Position numbers and translations under genes: made by a program. Positions 63,823-64,000 of a stretch of DNA of 64,000 nt are shown piece by piece. Positions within the stretch are counted from its first letter, which is position 1; each line of letters opens with the position of its first letter. Source of the stretch: an uncultured Planctomycetaceae bacterium (GTDB lineage: Bacteria > Planctomycetota > Planctomycetia > Planctomycetales > Planctomycetaceae); contig CAWFAK010000009.1 in NCBI GenBank assembly GCA_963813715.1, positions 544,001 through 608,000 on the forward strand, given 5' to 3'. A model generated the notes under the pieces. It ran no database searches. It was not told where the DNA came from and saw only the letters and a list, made by a program, of their open reading frames with translations.

Positions 63823-64000
63823 TCAGCCCTGCGTCCACGTGCCGTCCACGAGGCGCCACATCCGGCCCGTGGGATTGGCGTCGCGAAGGGCCGGTGGCAA
63901 CCGATGTGGCCGCACGTTGTCGTAGCATTCCAGGGCCGCGAACCGATGAATCGCGGCAGGAATGCCGACCGCCGTAAAACCCGCATGGCCCGTCGCGGGA
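63823..64000 (-). CDS. 3' end of an aldehyde dehydrogenase, 2,5-dioxovalerate/alpha-ketoglutaric semialdehyde dehydrogenase-like (partial, not in the ORF track)
   Basis: Hand translation from 63999 gives PATGHAGFTAVGIPAAIHRFAALECYDNVRPHRLPPALRDANPTGRMWRLVDGTWTQG*, matching the LPPAL.DANP...RLVDG tail of this subfamily. Confidence 0.75.
   Translation of the reverse strand, partial: PATGHAGFTAVGIPAAIHRFAALECYDNVRPHRLPPALRDANPTGRMWRLVDGTWTQG

Overview
A gene-dense, GC-rich chromosomal window from a planctomycete, most likely Planctomycetales (DUF1549/DUF1553 plus DUF1501 pair, YTV-type Cys/Pro-rich protein, planctomycete-style LRR, SH3 and STN-like secreted proteins). Recognisable genes: pyc, an amidase, a NupG-like MFS transporter, nnrE, a MoxR-DUF58-BatA/VWA trio, a TPR-gluzincin protease, an HDOD plus degenerate HD-GYP pair, a specialised type II fatty-acid-synthase-like cluster (fabZ-fabG-long ACP-fabZ, fabF-hydrolase-hypothetical-LolA-like lipoprotein), a CusRS-like two-component pair, tgt-yajC-secDF-ptsI, an ECF sigma factor, a 7Fe ferredoxin and a CE15 esterase. 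About 15 genes, including housekeeping ones, carry single-base frameshifts, best explained as long-read sequencing or assembly errors. No rRNA, tRNA, CRISPR, transposase or integrase was seen. The most interesting unexplained signals are two intergenic, strand-specific, highly base-paired candidate ncRNAs, each followed by a terminator-like hairpin (about 21300->20990 on minus; about 46192->46498 on plus). Also notable are the specialised lipid synthesis and export cluster, an esterase fused to an apparent BPI/TULIP-like lipid-binding region, an EF-hand-containing insertion in the nucleoside transporter and a strict 24-residue-repeat coiled-coil protein. All calls were made by eye; no database searches or folding programs were run.
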